A stretch of DNA of 64,000 nt from NCBI GenBank assembly GCA_973895155.1, contig OZ316898.1:436751-500750 (forward strand), in the 5' to 3' direction. Positions 23,363-36,239 of this stretch are shown here, piece by piece (the first letter of the stretch is position 1; each line of letters starts with the position of its first letter). The notes under the pieces are model-generated. The model searched no databases. It worked only from the letters and a program-made list of their open reading frames with translations, and was not told where the DNA came from. This DNA comes from Marsupella aquatica (Eukaryota > Plantae > Marchantiophyta). The translations under genes and the position numbers were made by a program.

Positions 23363-26288
23363 TGGAGACTATATCAACAGGTCGAGTAGAAAGCAATGAA
23401 GGGAACAAATTGGACACATCTCCTGCAGAGATTTGACTTGACTTTTGGATAAAATATTATGTCCGTACAGGCTTTTACATCTGATCTCGAGGAGAAGTGG
23501 AAGCTGAATCCACTTCCCTGTATTCAGAGCTCTGACCTATTGAGGAATTGCGAACAGCATATTCCATTTGTTTTAAGAGATCGTATCTTGTGTAGAATTG
23601 CACAATCAGTCACCGTCGTTTCTGTTCGGAAGGTCGTCTTGTTGGTGCTTTGTTTTCCTTTCAAAGTGTGTCAATAGCGAATTTACCCATTTTTTGTCCA
23701 GTGTTTCCCCAATAACAACGGGATCGGTGTGGTCCGTCTAAGCCGGCGATAACAGCTGTCTTCAATGGAGCTGGGAACATTATGTATCTCTGTCTTGGCT
23801 TGACTAACTTCGAACTCAGGGTCATAAATGAGAAAATGTCTCGTATACATAATTATTTTCGTCAATTTCGAGGTAAGGATTTCATTTCGCTTCAAGTTGT
23901 TGAGACAATTCACCTACTCTCATCGAGTTCCTGTTTCTCAGGGAACAAACGACCCATGTGCTCCCGTTGATTTGAAAGTTCTTCCGCGTCTTCCACATTC
24001 TACTCTTGTTTTTGGTGTTGGCTATGAGAGAGCTTGCCTAAGTTGGAATTCACTTTGCCGAAAATGTGGTTGAGGTTGACGTTTTCCTTCACCTCTCAAC
24101 AAATTTGGGTTCAGCCCATCAGATGGGTTGTGCTTAGCTCAACAAGCTGAAGTTATCTTGATATTTTTGCGGCATCTAACTCGATGGACTCAACCGGGGC
24201 TCTCAGTTCTTTCTATATCGTGCTTTGCTTGAGAACAACGTTCGAGATAGTCGGGCGTCCATCTGTTAGTGGCCTCGTGAAGAACAGGGCCTATTAAACC
24301 ATGGGCGATATCTCCTCGCTCTATGCAGCGCAGAAGGACTGTAGTATCTAGGGTAAGGTAGCTATTGTAACCACAGGTGGTGAGTTCCTAAGTAAGTTCA
24401 TAATAGATTTTCATTCCGAGTATCTAGTGGTACACTGTGTTGGCCTAACTAAGCCGAGTGACAATTTGTTGCTAATCAAATTAGGTTTGCCTAGCATGCC
24501 GGTTTGGAATTGGGTTATTTTGTTGGGAATGGTTGCAATGCTAAATATTGAAAGTACTTTTAGGGAAAACTTTTAATCACAAGTTTGTCAGATATTTTTG
24601 TGTTTGTCATTCTGGATACTCACTGTAGTATGAGAAACTTAGGGGCAGAGCTCCATTTCTGGTCGAGTTTAAGGTTCGATATGTAGATTTTAACATAAAA
24701 CGACTCGAATGTTTTATCTGTGTTGATGGCGAACCCAGTCTCTCATGTGGAAAGTTGGCAACGATAGCAGCAGGGACCGCACAACCAAACGTTTTTCACT
24801 TAAACCGAGAGGCTTGCTAGATTTATTTGCTACTCGTGGATGCTAAAGTTTGAACATTCTATCTGGTCTCACCTCCAACTACCCACTCGGTTGTCCCTGG
24901 CCTAACTTTTGCTCAATTTGACCGAAGGTGTTGTAGTGATGCACAGGGTAGGGATTTGGTAGCTGGGCGCCAACATCTGTATGCGATTGCTTTGTGCTAC
25001 TACAGCCGCTCAAGGAGCATGTTCTGCAACACATGATTCAGATTCAAGCACACCATGGAGGGGGTGAGATTGAGACGCCTGGTTCTGTTTGATGTCTTTG
25101 ACCTGCAATCGACAGGTGAGTGTTCCTGGACCCGAGCTTGAGACACCTAGGTATCCTGTCAGAGTTCCTGGGCCCAAGCTTGAGACATCTAGGTGCTAGC
25201 AGATCCATTGGAAAGCTGGAGACTAGGGCTATAACGTCGAACAGTTCCCTTGTGAAGAGGACTGTGCACGGCACCTGCAAGCAAACCAAACAACAATGCC
25301 CGGCCCGAAAGAGGACAAGGGCCATACGAGCTCCAACAGCATACCCAAAGCCAGCAAGCCAAAGGCAGACGATGACCAGAAAACATAAAGCGCTCTTGGA
25401 GCCGACACTGCAATGAAACAGACCCTAGCTGATCCTAACAGGCCTGTGACAGTAGCCCACCAAGCAAAAGCCAGTAACTATTGCCAAGTGACGCCTTCAA
25501 CTATTGTTGGTATTTCCCACCCCTTAATGGCCTCTTCAACCTTAGGACCTTCTCCTTGTTATGGTGTCCACTGTACTCTTTGCTGCAGTAATATACAACT
25601 AGTCCAACCCTCGTGAGTTGCGTGAAGTTCGAGTAGTCAATGTGGAAGCTGGCGCCACAAAAGATTGCAAGCCAAAAGGAAAGTGGAAAGAAAATGCAGG
25701 AGTTGTGCAAGTGGGAGGGAAGGCACAAGTTGGACAAATGGCGACAGCGTTAGGGAGCGAGGAAGGAAGACAGAAGTTGAGTGTGTGAATGAAATGTTGC
25801 TCGCCTCAAATGGCTGCCCCCAAATCCTCTGCGGCACAACTTAATCCCACTGGTTGGGTGGTGGCCAGAGGCTGGGGACTGTGTTGGCAAGTACTCAACA
25901 ATGGGAGAGGGTGTCCCTGGATCGGGTCCTGACCAAGGGCAGGGCAGGATGGGGCGTTGGATGGGGTGTTGGTGGCACAAAAGGTCCAGGCACAGGAACC
26001 AAGGCTGCATGTGGATCAGGGTGGGTCAAGCACTATGGTGGAGTGAGTGAAGGTTTCGAGCTAACACACTGTGCTGAACAGTGGTTGTTGCGGCCCGCAG
26101 GGCAAGGGCAATTTCTGTATCTAAACGGCCCAAACCAATCCTTTGCCACATCTAACAGGCTACGAATATACTTAGTGTCATCCCATTCCGCACAACAAAT
26201 GTAAATTTTGACAATATTCTAAGCATGCTCAGGTTGACTTTTCAGTGTGTATGTATGTCGTTCTGAAAATCTTTAAACAGGAGCAAAA

Positions 26289-26441
26289 TATTCTTACCTT
26301 GAGAGTGAATTCTGAAATGAAAATAATAAAATGTTAGCAAACTACCTCTATCCAAAGATAGCATGCACATATTCTTACCTTGAGAGTGAATTTCTGCAAT
26401 GAAACTAATAAATGTTAGCAAACTACCTCTATCCAAAGATA
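26289..26441. repeat. ~80-bp tandem duplication next to a minus-strand copia-LTR-like fragment
   Basis: atattcttaccttgagagtgaatt...gcaaactacctctatccaaagata occurs twice. It is followed by ttggttcac...tatgtccat (~26487-26516), resembling the reversed copia LTR motif. Confidence 0.7.
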
Positions 26442-27698
26442 ACATGTGCAACATACAACAAACACAATTATTAACACAATAAATACTTGGTTCACTTTCC
26501 TAGAGTATATGTCCATGAGAATACAAAAACTTTATTAAAATCTATGCTGCACTCGGCTGTACTGAGGCTCCAAATGCTAGGCTGGTCGGTAAAAATGAGC
26601 CCCGGGCTATATTGAGTCTCCAAATGCTAGGCTCTCCCTATCTCTGAAATGGTTGGGTAAAAATGAGCCTAAGTTCGTGTGATGCAAGCAACAAATCCTT
26701 ACACAGTAATATGCATGTATATGGAGGACGTATGTAGTAAGTAGTTGTCAGAAGTGTGTAACAATGATCAAAACAAGGATCAAGAATTAAGGTAAGCATG
26801 GCTCTTAGAGTAGGAATAGGTTGCTTAAGCATGAAAGAAGATGACCCCAATGGCTGCATACCCAAATGACACCATGATTACACATGTACCCTACTTAGTA
26901 ACTGCCATTATTAAGATTGAATGGATCCGTGAATTTCCATCCTAGGCCTTGTCACGCTTAGAGATGGACCATCGCTAGGAGTGAAGCTAGGAGTGAAGCT
27001 CTGCATCACTCAGTATAGTGGCGGGGTAAGTATGAGGAGATCAATGGATTCAAGGTGAGTCCAAGGGCATAAGGCAAAGTGGGACCCCCCTCATAGCTCA
27101 TTTGCGCAGTGCAAGATTTAGAAAGAGAACGGGAGCTCTTGAGATGATGATTGTCTATACCTGCCGGCCTTGGATACTCACTTCTTTATTAGGATCCTAA
27201 TTCTCTGACGATCCTAATAAAGAATTCGCAATTTTCGTCAGAGAATTGTCACAAAAACCAGGGTGCATGTTTTTTAAATGGAACTGACAGTTGGTGATTA
27301 AAGCAGAGAGATTTTTCAAGATCCATGCCAAACTGTCATGGTCTGTCAGTAGATGTTTCTGTAAGACACGGGCGTGATGGCGGAGGCCCAAGTGACAAGC
27401 GAACCAGAGTTGTCGAGAAAGCTAGTTCTTCATTGAATCCGAATCAGATACAGAGTCGACCAGTTCGCAGAGTGGATTCAGGTGAAAGAAAGGATTTGCT
27501 TAGTCAGTCTTCGAGTCTGGAGTTAGTTGGGACAGAAGAGGTTTTTGAAGAAGAGTACGTTGGTGGTCTAGAGGGTGAGATCCGATCGAATCAGGTTCGG
27601 ATACACCTATCGAGAAGGTCCAATCTCAGAAGTCAGAGAGAAAACAGCGAATTGACAAAGTGCCTTCTACTGCGCAAAAGAGACAAGGGCCTTCCAAG

Positions 27699-30270
27699 AT
27701 GGGCCAAGATGACATTTCGGGTACGAAGAAGGTCGGGAATCCAGCAAAGTAGAGCAAAGGCGCAACAGAACTCCCTGGGTCTAAGAGCCCAAAATTGAAA
27801 CAGGCAAAAATGCGTGTTCACCCGAAAGAGATGGATCAATCTTCTGATCAACAAGAGCAAAGCAAGGCCGTTAGAAAGACGGTGCAGAAGAAGTAAGCGG
27901 TTGAATCTTTCAATCTAGAAGAGACAACGAAGGCTGTCCGGTAGAAGGAGAAAACCAAGGTGTCTCTCCCTATAGTGAAACTCAAGAAGCCAGCAAAATC
28001 TGGAGCTCCTTTGTCTTCTAAGAAGCAAAAAACTCCACTGGAAACTGTATCAACAGAGGTTGGCTTGGTAAAGTCAGAGAAAGAACGGAAGAAAAAAGAG
28101 ATTATTGAGATGGATGAGGTGGATGCCGAGGATGCCGAGGTGAATGCTGATACAAGTTCCAAATTGGTCATTGATCGAGCTTTGCAAAACAATAGATGCT
28201 GATATTCTTTCGGGCTGTCAAGAGTTTTTCCTGTTACACTGATGAATATCCATCCCTCGCCAGCAAAAATGAATGAACAATTTGTGAACGAGGACCATGT
28301 CAACCATCTTGTTCAGTTGATGATTTCAAATGCTGGGCAAGAGCATTTGCCTGCAGATCTCGTTCCTTACAATATGATTCTTGGGGTTTATAATCTTTTT
28401 GATCTCTCAGTCAAAGACTTTGACCCCAAAAAGTTGTCTGAATTCCAATATTTTGCAATTAAGTAGACAACCCTCCACTATGGTTGCCAAGAAGATAGTC
28501 TGCAGTTCTCAAATGCAACCATCTTTAGTTTAAATTGCAAACCTACTCAAATTTTGATGAGCAAGAATTCTAAAAGGGTCAACACCTCACTTGAGATATC
28601 ACATGCAAACAACTGGCAAGCTGAAGCACATCGTTTCTCATCACCATTCATGGACCAGGTCAGGCATGCAAGAATGCAATAATGAACCGACGAGCTCGCC
28701 CAGTCCCATCAAGGAGAAAGTCCCAAGAATTCAAGGTTTGTTCTTGTCAACAACAGAATTCCCTCCCTTGTCCACTTGTACAATCCTGGATGATTTCTTG
28801 ATATCTAATTTCTTTATTTGCTTGGTGTGCCCAATCTACACGAGTCTCGTATGGAATGGATCCCTTTTCATCGTTTCTAATCAGATTTCTATGAATTGCT
28901 GTTAGGGCTATGAAACGTTGACCAAAGTCACTCTGAAAGTGAGTACCATCAGCAAGTACAACTGGATCCTTTTTGCATTGGACAATCTCTACAAATTGTG
29001 GATGTCCGTCCGCAATAGTTGGTTGGCAGAAAGTTTGCCTGACAACAATGGAGAAATGACCGCAAAGAAGAGGGAGGCCAAGCAGTTGTTGGGGACAACA
29101 TTCAGGGTTTTGTGGGTGCCTAGGAGTCCGACATTGCGTCCATCTTAAATAAAGTGAAATCAGGAGAAACTTTGCTGATGAAGAGAAGAACACAGATATA
29201 CCAGCCATGGGATCTTGCGATGAAAGCCAAGTATACAGACAAGCTCAAAGGTGCAATCCTGAGGTTCTATCGTCAAACCCATCCAAATCTTTTCAATGTT
29301 GGGGCTCTCTGGACAGACGTTAGGAGTTTAATTTCATGGACGAGGAATTGGATCAATGTTGCTCAATGGTCGATAATGCTTATTTGAAGAGTTTAGTGAA
29401 AGTCTCATCAAAAGCCAACATGCTTGAGCCTTTGAAAAATGTGTTGCCGAATATTTATCAGAAGAATTGATGGAACTGTACATATATGAGAGAATGGATC
29501 CGTATCGAATAGTTTACTCGGGGAAAACCTTCTTGCTTCCACAGAGCCTCTGTTTGATTCCACTAGTTGTCGTGAGAGGACTATGGCATCACTTGCTATT
29601 GTTGATATGATGCATCCGTCGTAGAATACATGGACATACTCAGAAATGCTAAATTTCCTCAAGACAGTCGTCAATGTCCCCGCCAACGACTTGGTGACCG
29701 TGGTCTTTTTTGTCCATCCGGGTCTCATCCATGCCAAATTGTTGTTGCGGATCTCCCTCCAAATTATCATGCTTATTTGGAGTTTGGAAACTATTGGAAG
29801 AGTGCAAAAGAAGTTCACTCACCGCATTTCATGCGTGGTATTATTGAGTCAATTGTTTTTCTTGGAGTGTCCCAAAAATGAGAACCGGATTAGGAAACAC
29901 ATTTCAAAGGTTTTGAAGTTACTTCATTGCGGATTCAATCAACCAGCTTTGTCGGACCAGCCAAAGAAGATTACACTGGCCTTTCCAAGGAAGATGTAGC
30001 AATGAAGCAAAAGCATGCTCTTGCAGATTGCCTGAAAAGATTGGTACCTTTCAGAATGCCCAGTAGCTGCATTTTTACATTGAACATTAAGGTGAGTATG
30101 ATTGTGAAGGCTATCATACTTCAGTTTTCTGAAAAGGAAGAAATTGTGTTGGACTTCTTTACTGGCAGGCAACTCAAATGAAAATATGTCCTTCTTCTAG
30201 AAAGAGAGCATGTGATGGACCTGACGGCGTATGAAGAGAATCGCAAGTCGTTGGGGGGTGTTGCAAGATT
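27699..30270 (+). pseudogene. Second, more decayed ParB-like + DNA methyltransferase-like gene
   Basis: A Lys-rich N-terminus is followed by VNEDHVNHLVQLM...ADLVP...YFAI and, after a one-base frameshift, S(R)Q(P)STMVAKKI, a decayed ParB-like GxH-type motif. Further on are ASLAIVDM...W...LNFLKTVV...TVVFF and KAIILQFSEKEEIVLDFFTG (SAM-binding motif I-like, 30143-30166). Many stops and frameshifts. Confidence 0.55.
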
Positions 30271-30994
30271 TGCAAAATCTTTGTGGAAAATTCCAGGGGG
30301 GAGGGCAACTCCACCCAAAACTCTAATGCAAGTGAGACAAAGGAATGGAAGAACTATCAGATCACATGAACAGTTTGCATGGACAAAGACAGATTTTGTG
30401 ATTCCGCCGTCAGGAGGATGGATGTCTTTGAACAAATTCGTCGTCCTTGGGAATTCGGTGCTGCCCAAGGACCCATCTTGCAATTGGAGAGTTCCAACGG
30501 AGAACTTGTGCAGGAGGAAGGCAACACGGTTTGATATCTCTATGTCTTCCACCTTGTCATAGCCCTCTATGCGAGCATGGTGTGGGTTCCTAGAGCGAGG
30601 TGGAGTCAATTTGTGGAAGTGACGTTGTGCCTCATATTAGAGGATCCTTCTCTTCACATTCCTGCCGTAACTGGAGTTTAGGAACCCATTCAGGTCCTGA
30701 GTCCCGACACTGGCCAGACTTCATTAAAAAACCAGGATAATGGGAAGGTCATGTGCAAGGCTCGGTGCAAGGTCGAGCGTGTCATCAAACTTGCGGGTAA
30801 TGTTGTTGGAAATGTTGCTGACAAAAGAAATCTGGTGGTGGAGTCCGCAAGTGAGGCAAGTGCCAATTTCCTCTATCCCACTTCTCTCAACCTGAACGAT
30901 GATTCAGCAATAGACTCATGCCTCAACCCTTACTTGGATTAGGATCGAACAATGTTCTGTCAACAATCAATGGGTGCGTCATAACTTGCGGTGA

Positions 30995-31530
30995 GCGAGG
31001 CGGTGAGATGGCATGTCTAGGTCATGAGCAATGGATAACTTCTGAAATCGTTAATGCTTATTTCACCCATTATTTAAGTTTGATTGGTGCGAGAGCGGAA
31101 TGCGGGGGCAACGATCTCCCGTAGGTTCAATTATTGAATACTTGGTTCTATACTAAACTTACTCAAGATGGATATAAATATGAGGATGTGGAATCATGGA
31201 CATCCAACTACTACTACTTTTTAGCTGATTTAGACATGGTAATGGTTCCTATTCATGAGGAAGATAACCATTGGGCACTGGCCATCATCGACATGGGTCT
31301 AAAGAAACTAGACTATTTGGATTCTTTTCACGGTGGCAAGCCAAAAGTTCTAGAGAACCTAGCTAGATATATCAATGACAAAACCAAGTGGAGAACTCGT
31401 AAGGAACTGAATGCCGCATTGTGGCCGAGGAACTTCTGTAAAGACCTATCTCTTCAAACCAATGACTACAATTGTGGAGTGTTTGGCATGAAATTTGCCA
31501 ATTATTTGAGTTTGGAAAGGCTAGATATGA
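30995..31530 (+). pseudogene. Ulp1/SENP (peptidase C48) SUMO protease, TE cargo
   Basis: WITSEIVNAYF...NTWFYTKL...VPIHEEDNHWALAII...YLDS...QTNDYNCGVF contains the His-Asp-Cys triad and oxyanion Gln. There is an in-frame TAG at ~31122. Confidence 0.9.
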
Positions 31531-33611
31531 GGCTCATTGGAAACCCTTTATCGATTAAGAGATGTCACAATCTCGTCACCGTCACAGACTTAGCCATTGT
31601 ACATTGATTCTTTGATTATGTCGCCATCGCTACAAGTCCACATTGCTTGCTTCCCGACTTGAATTGTTTGTGTCCCTCCAGTCTTCAGTTGAAGCTCACT
31701 CTGAACACAGGTTGACGCCAAATGCAGCCTCTATGTCAAAGAAACAATTGTTGGTCTCCCCCTCACACCATAGCTTTCTTAAATAAAAAACTACAAAACA
31801 TTCATGTGAAGTGATGGCTCATCCGTATTGTGCATTCTTCCCACCAAAATGACATGCGCTCTTTCACCAACAGTTGCGTGTTGTACTCCAGTCTGTCTTG
31901 TGGTGGTAATGCTCAATGTAACTCACAACCATCAATCAAGAATGGTAGAAACAAGATTTCTAGCTCCAATGTGTAAGCAAAAACCGTCAAAAAACTCAAT
32001 CCTCCACATTCAACCTCCCATTTGATATACCAAAGAGATTATCTCAACCAGATCGATCTCCCTAGAAACAAGTATGGTCGGCAATGTGTGTGATGCCTAG
32101 CCAGGAATCACTAGGCCAGTTAAAGTGGTAAAACCGGGAGTGTACCCTGAAAACACATTAGTATAGTAACAAAACAAGGAAAATATAAACAATTAAGGGT
32201 GACTATGGAACCCGAGTCGGGGCCGGAAGTAAGGACGCCACGGCAGGGAACGCGATTAGGGTTAGGGTGCGCTAAGTACCGATGGCTATGGGTAATCAAC
32301 TAGAAGATCGACCAGGCAGGGGGGTAAGGACCGTTCACAAAGAATGGCGGCTCATTTGCAAGCACTGGCCAAGCAGAGGATTGCGAGAAGCCAAATGACT
32401 GTCAGCTGCTTAGGCAAGCGCTCTGAGCGGGAGCAGATACCGAGCATCAACTCAAGGAGGGCATGAGCAACGTCAATCAAGCTGCTCATTTTTGGGGATG
32501 CCTGTTCGAACGGGCAACTGAGTACATTGGGACCTACGAGGACAAAGAATCGGAAAGGGCAGCACAAGAACGGCAGGAGCTCACTTGACTGTGGGAGCTG
32601 CTGAAGTTTGCCTTCCTAGGAGGAGAGCTCAATCATCAAGGCAGAGTTCTTATGGACTCCTACTGCCAATCAGCTCAACGGCCTTCTGTTCTGTGAGAAC
32701 ATAATTGTTGGCATCCGGGAAGCCATCAACCGCTGCAACGACGTACATTGGAACCTAAAGGGTAGCACGGAGGTGTGGACAAAGGCAACCATGCTCGGAG
32801 AAACATCCACAATAGCCGCCATGAAGAGGAAGGGGCCCAACAACGAAGAGGCCACCCCCGCGAAGAGAACGAGGTCGGCGGCACCAAGGAAGCTAGCCAA
32901 GCAAGGGAGCAGGGGGCAGGGCAAAGCCGAAGAAGAGGAGGTCAACCCAATCAATGTCGTTCCAACGAGGGATGACACTTGGAGGGGCTGGTCGGCGACC
33001 CTCCTAGAGGAAGTGCAATTGTACTTTGCACGAGAGGAGGATGCAAGCTTTACGGCTATGCAGACTCAGAAGTACCAGGGCTTCATGGCCGGATCCGGCT
33101 TGGAAGCCTTTGTAAAATTACCGTGGCTGAAGCCGAAGGTGCCGGATTTTGACTTATTAGAATTTGTGGGATCATGGGATCCCGAGACAAATTCCACAAG
33201 GGTGTATGGGAAGGATTTCTATCTCACTCCCCAGGTGATTGCCGAAGTGTTTGGCTTGCCGATGGGCAATAAGACCAAATTAGATACCCAAAAGACCTTG
33301 CCAGACAAGGAGTTCAGATCGTTCCCAGGGCCATCAACAAAGAATGGCTTCTTCCGGAACACCTGCACCAACCCGCACATTGGGGAGATGATCAATTTCT
33401 TGCGGGTAACCATGCATTGCAACCTGCCAAGGCCAGAGATTGGCAAGGCACAAGTCTACTTGGCGGAGAGGCTAGACCCAAGTCGGGACTACAACGCGTA
33501 CCTCCTCACCCAACTGAAGAAGATCTTGAAGGAGGAACAACAGGTGATCGACAAGGGAAGTGTGTCCCGACTTGGCTATCACATGCCGTTGTTGTGCCGG
33601 TATGCCCGGAG

Positions 33612-35104
33612 AGTGGTGGACCTCGCCACCCAGCGCCCTCACCAATCCCAGCACTTGCGCCTAAGTGCCCTTGGTGCCCAAACGCCTCCACAGAGTACCT
33701 CGAGCAAGCATCCAAGTGCCTCTAGCACCACCTGCGGCCCCTCCCATACGAAGCCGCACTTGCTCACCTATACGACCGCTATTCAATGGTCCTCACTGTC
33801 TGCACAAACAACCAAGCATCTCGGTAAGTAACCCCTCTGGATCTAGAACTTGCCCAGTCTAGCATCCTAACTCAAGCTCAACAGACGTTGGTAAATAGGT
33901 CAGCGATAGGTCCTCACGATGCCATAAGCCGGAATCAGAACCCACACCCACTGTCCGTCCAAGACAGCTCCTTCCTTGGGCGCGGCCCGGGTTCCCCCTT
34001 GTACCTATCCATCACCAACTGACCGCCCTGACCTCAGGACATGCTCATGGCCCAAATAGCGTAGCTTGTCCTAAAGCTTGTCCCAAGCTTGTCTCAACAC
34101 GTCGGGACCAGAATGGCCCCGACTCTAACAACCGCTCCCGGTTCGCCCCACTGATGATCTGGGGACTGAGCGCCCTTTGGACTCGCCTCCATACCTACTT
34201 GGCCTTGCCTCCCCAACGCAAGCTCCCTTGGGAGGCTGAACGCGGCTTGGCTGCTGTTCGGCAGGATTTGGCAAGCGGGTGAGCTAACACCCGCAAACCA
34301 CGAGAACCCATGGCACCCCTGGACCCATCTGAGCTCAAAAGAGCGTAGCCCTCCTCAAGAGTTTTCCAACACACCCAAGAAGTCCTCCAACGGACTTCAC
34401 GTTGGGAAGATATCGCCATCTCCGTTTGGCGGTTTCCCTTAGTGTCGCGACCGTCGCGGCTCACGACTTTGGCTCGGCCTTAGCCCCCAGGGAGACACCA
34501 CTCCCCTCATTTATGCTTCTGGAGACCTACCACCCCCGGACCAACTTTGGTCCCTAAATATTTGGCCCCCAACCCGGATCCCATCGCGCATAATGGGCGC
34601 GCCACCAACTGGCAACGCCCATAACTTTCTTGATAGGCATCCGCAAGTGGAGTGCCTTAGCCCGTTGTGACCGGGCCAACCCAGTGCTCATGCCTAGGCC
34701 CTCAGGTCTGATTGCCGCTCAGGGCCCCCGACCGGCCCAACCCGGATCGGGCCACAATTTGCGCCCCAAGCGTCCATTGCCAATGGCGTCAACTCCATTG
34801 GCCTTGGGCCCAAGAGGAGCTCACTCCCAAGCCCTCAGAACTCAAAGCCCATCCGATGGTCCGGACGGCCATCCTTGAGCCCGGCCCATTTGCCCTTGAC
34901 CCGACCAGCCATAGGCTAGTCCAAGTCCTTAGTGTGTGTCCCCAGCTTGGCCCCTTGCCTCGCTAGTGCCACGTCTCATTGCCCACAAGTCTCCTCGTGC
35001 TAAGTCCTCCCCGGATGGCCTATCCGGGTCTGGACCATAAGGGAGCTCGGCGTCGGAGTCAGCGACGCCGGAGCTAAGTGTTAAGGTAGTCGAGTTCCGT
35101 GACT
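33612..35104 (-). mobile_element. Solo-LTR-like element with AGT...ACT termini (copy 2, 1493 bp)
   Basis: Reverse complement of copy 1. TSD CGGAG/TGGAG (33607-33611, 35105-35109) differs by one CpG transition. Removing the element restores the host reading frame. Confidence 0.88.
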
Positions 35105-35897
35105 TGGAGTCAGATCTTTGCCCTAGTACTTCCCCTACAGGCAAGGGCACCAGAGGAGGTTTTGGAATAGAGGCTGGCAGCAAAGAAACCCAACCAGCCT
35201 GGCAGTCCTATGATCGAGCAAGTGTTTCGGCCAAGGACGGCAAACTTGCCGATGCAGCAACCAGGCATGCAAAATCTTCTAAAATTGTTGGAGAAGGAAA
35301 AGAAGGTTGCAGTGATAATGGCACCGGTACAGGACACTGCTCAAGAGGCAGGCCTAAACCGACTCACAAGGGAAAACCCCTTTACCGGAGCCAAGAAAAG
35401 AAGGAGGCCGGAACACGAGCCGGGGGTACAGATGTATGTGGGAGCCTCAAGTCCATAAACCAATGGAGAGCAGCCCAAAGCTCCTGGTTGCGATGAAGAG
35501 AAGGAGAAGACAGCCTGGGAGCCGGAGGAGGAACCAGGACCCGTGAGCTGTGTTCGGCAGGAGGCCGCGTTCAAAGCAAGACCAGGAGAGGAGCGGGGGG
35601 AGCCGGTAGTCCAAGCCGGGAGGGAGGTGGTGGAGGACTACGGCAATGACGACTCCGGCTACGGGTCGGACCATCATGTCCCAGGAGTGAGGACATGTGG
35701 CCGCCTCATCCCCACGCTTCCTAGAGTAGTTCGAGGGGACCCCAACCAGCATAGCAGCCCTGAGTCCCCCCCACCAGATGTCTCTTGTAAGTAGTGGGTA
35801 ATTCCAAAAGTAGGAAGAAACTGAAAATTTTTAAATTTTCTATGGTTTTTAAACTATAATTATTGCTAACATAGCGAAGATAGCATTCTGTATACAA

Positions 35898-36041
35898 GTT
35901 ACGGGTTCCCAAGTCTAAGTTACGAGTAAACTCCTATTTACGAGTTTACTAGTTACTAGTTAATAGTATCCTGGTTTACGAGTTTACAAGTTCACGACTG
36001 TTTACTAGTTACGAGTTTACTAGTTAGGGCTTTACGAGTTT
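35898..36041. repeat. Cluster of short TTACGAGTT/TTACTAGTT motifs upstream of the internal ORF; a second cluster lies at ~38876-38953
   Basis: Many copies are visible on both sides of the ORF. Confidence 0.85.
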
Positions 36042-36239
36042 TGCCTTACGCGTTGGTGACCAGGGATCGCGACGTCTTACGGCTACATTCAACGGGACTT
36101 AGAAACGGAATGGCAAGCTTGCATTGAAGTGAAGGCAAGGTAGACCTCGGGCGCTCACTCCTGACTAAATCCCTGCATCCTCCATTGATCCTTTCAGCCT
36201 CCCCATTTCTTTGCGCTACTACAAGACACAATTTGAGCT

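Noticed and set aside
29735-29770. IVVADLPPNY as the MTase catalytic motif IV
   Set aside because: It lies after a frameshift and downstream of the motif V/VI-like segment. LAIVDM upstream is an equally plausible position, so no catalytic motif is claimed.
32256-32268. TTAGGG x2 telomere-like motif
   Set aside because: Only two units, so it is chance or a telo-box rather than an interstitial telomere.
32773-33831. 352-aa ORF as an intact gene
   Set aside because: The part after 33611 is read-through into the inserted AGT LTR. The real frame resumes at 35110.
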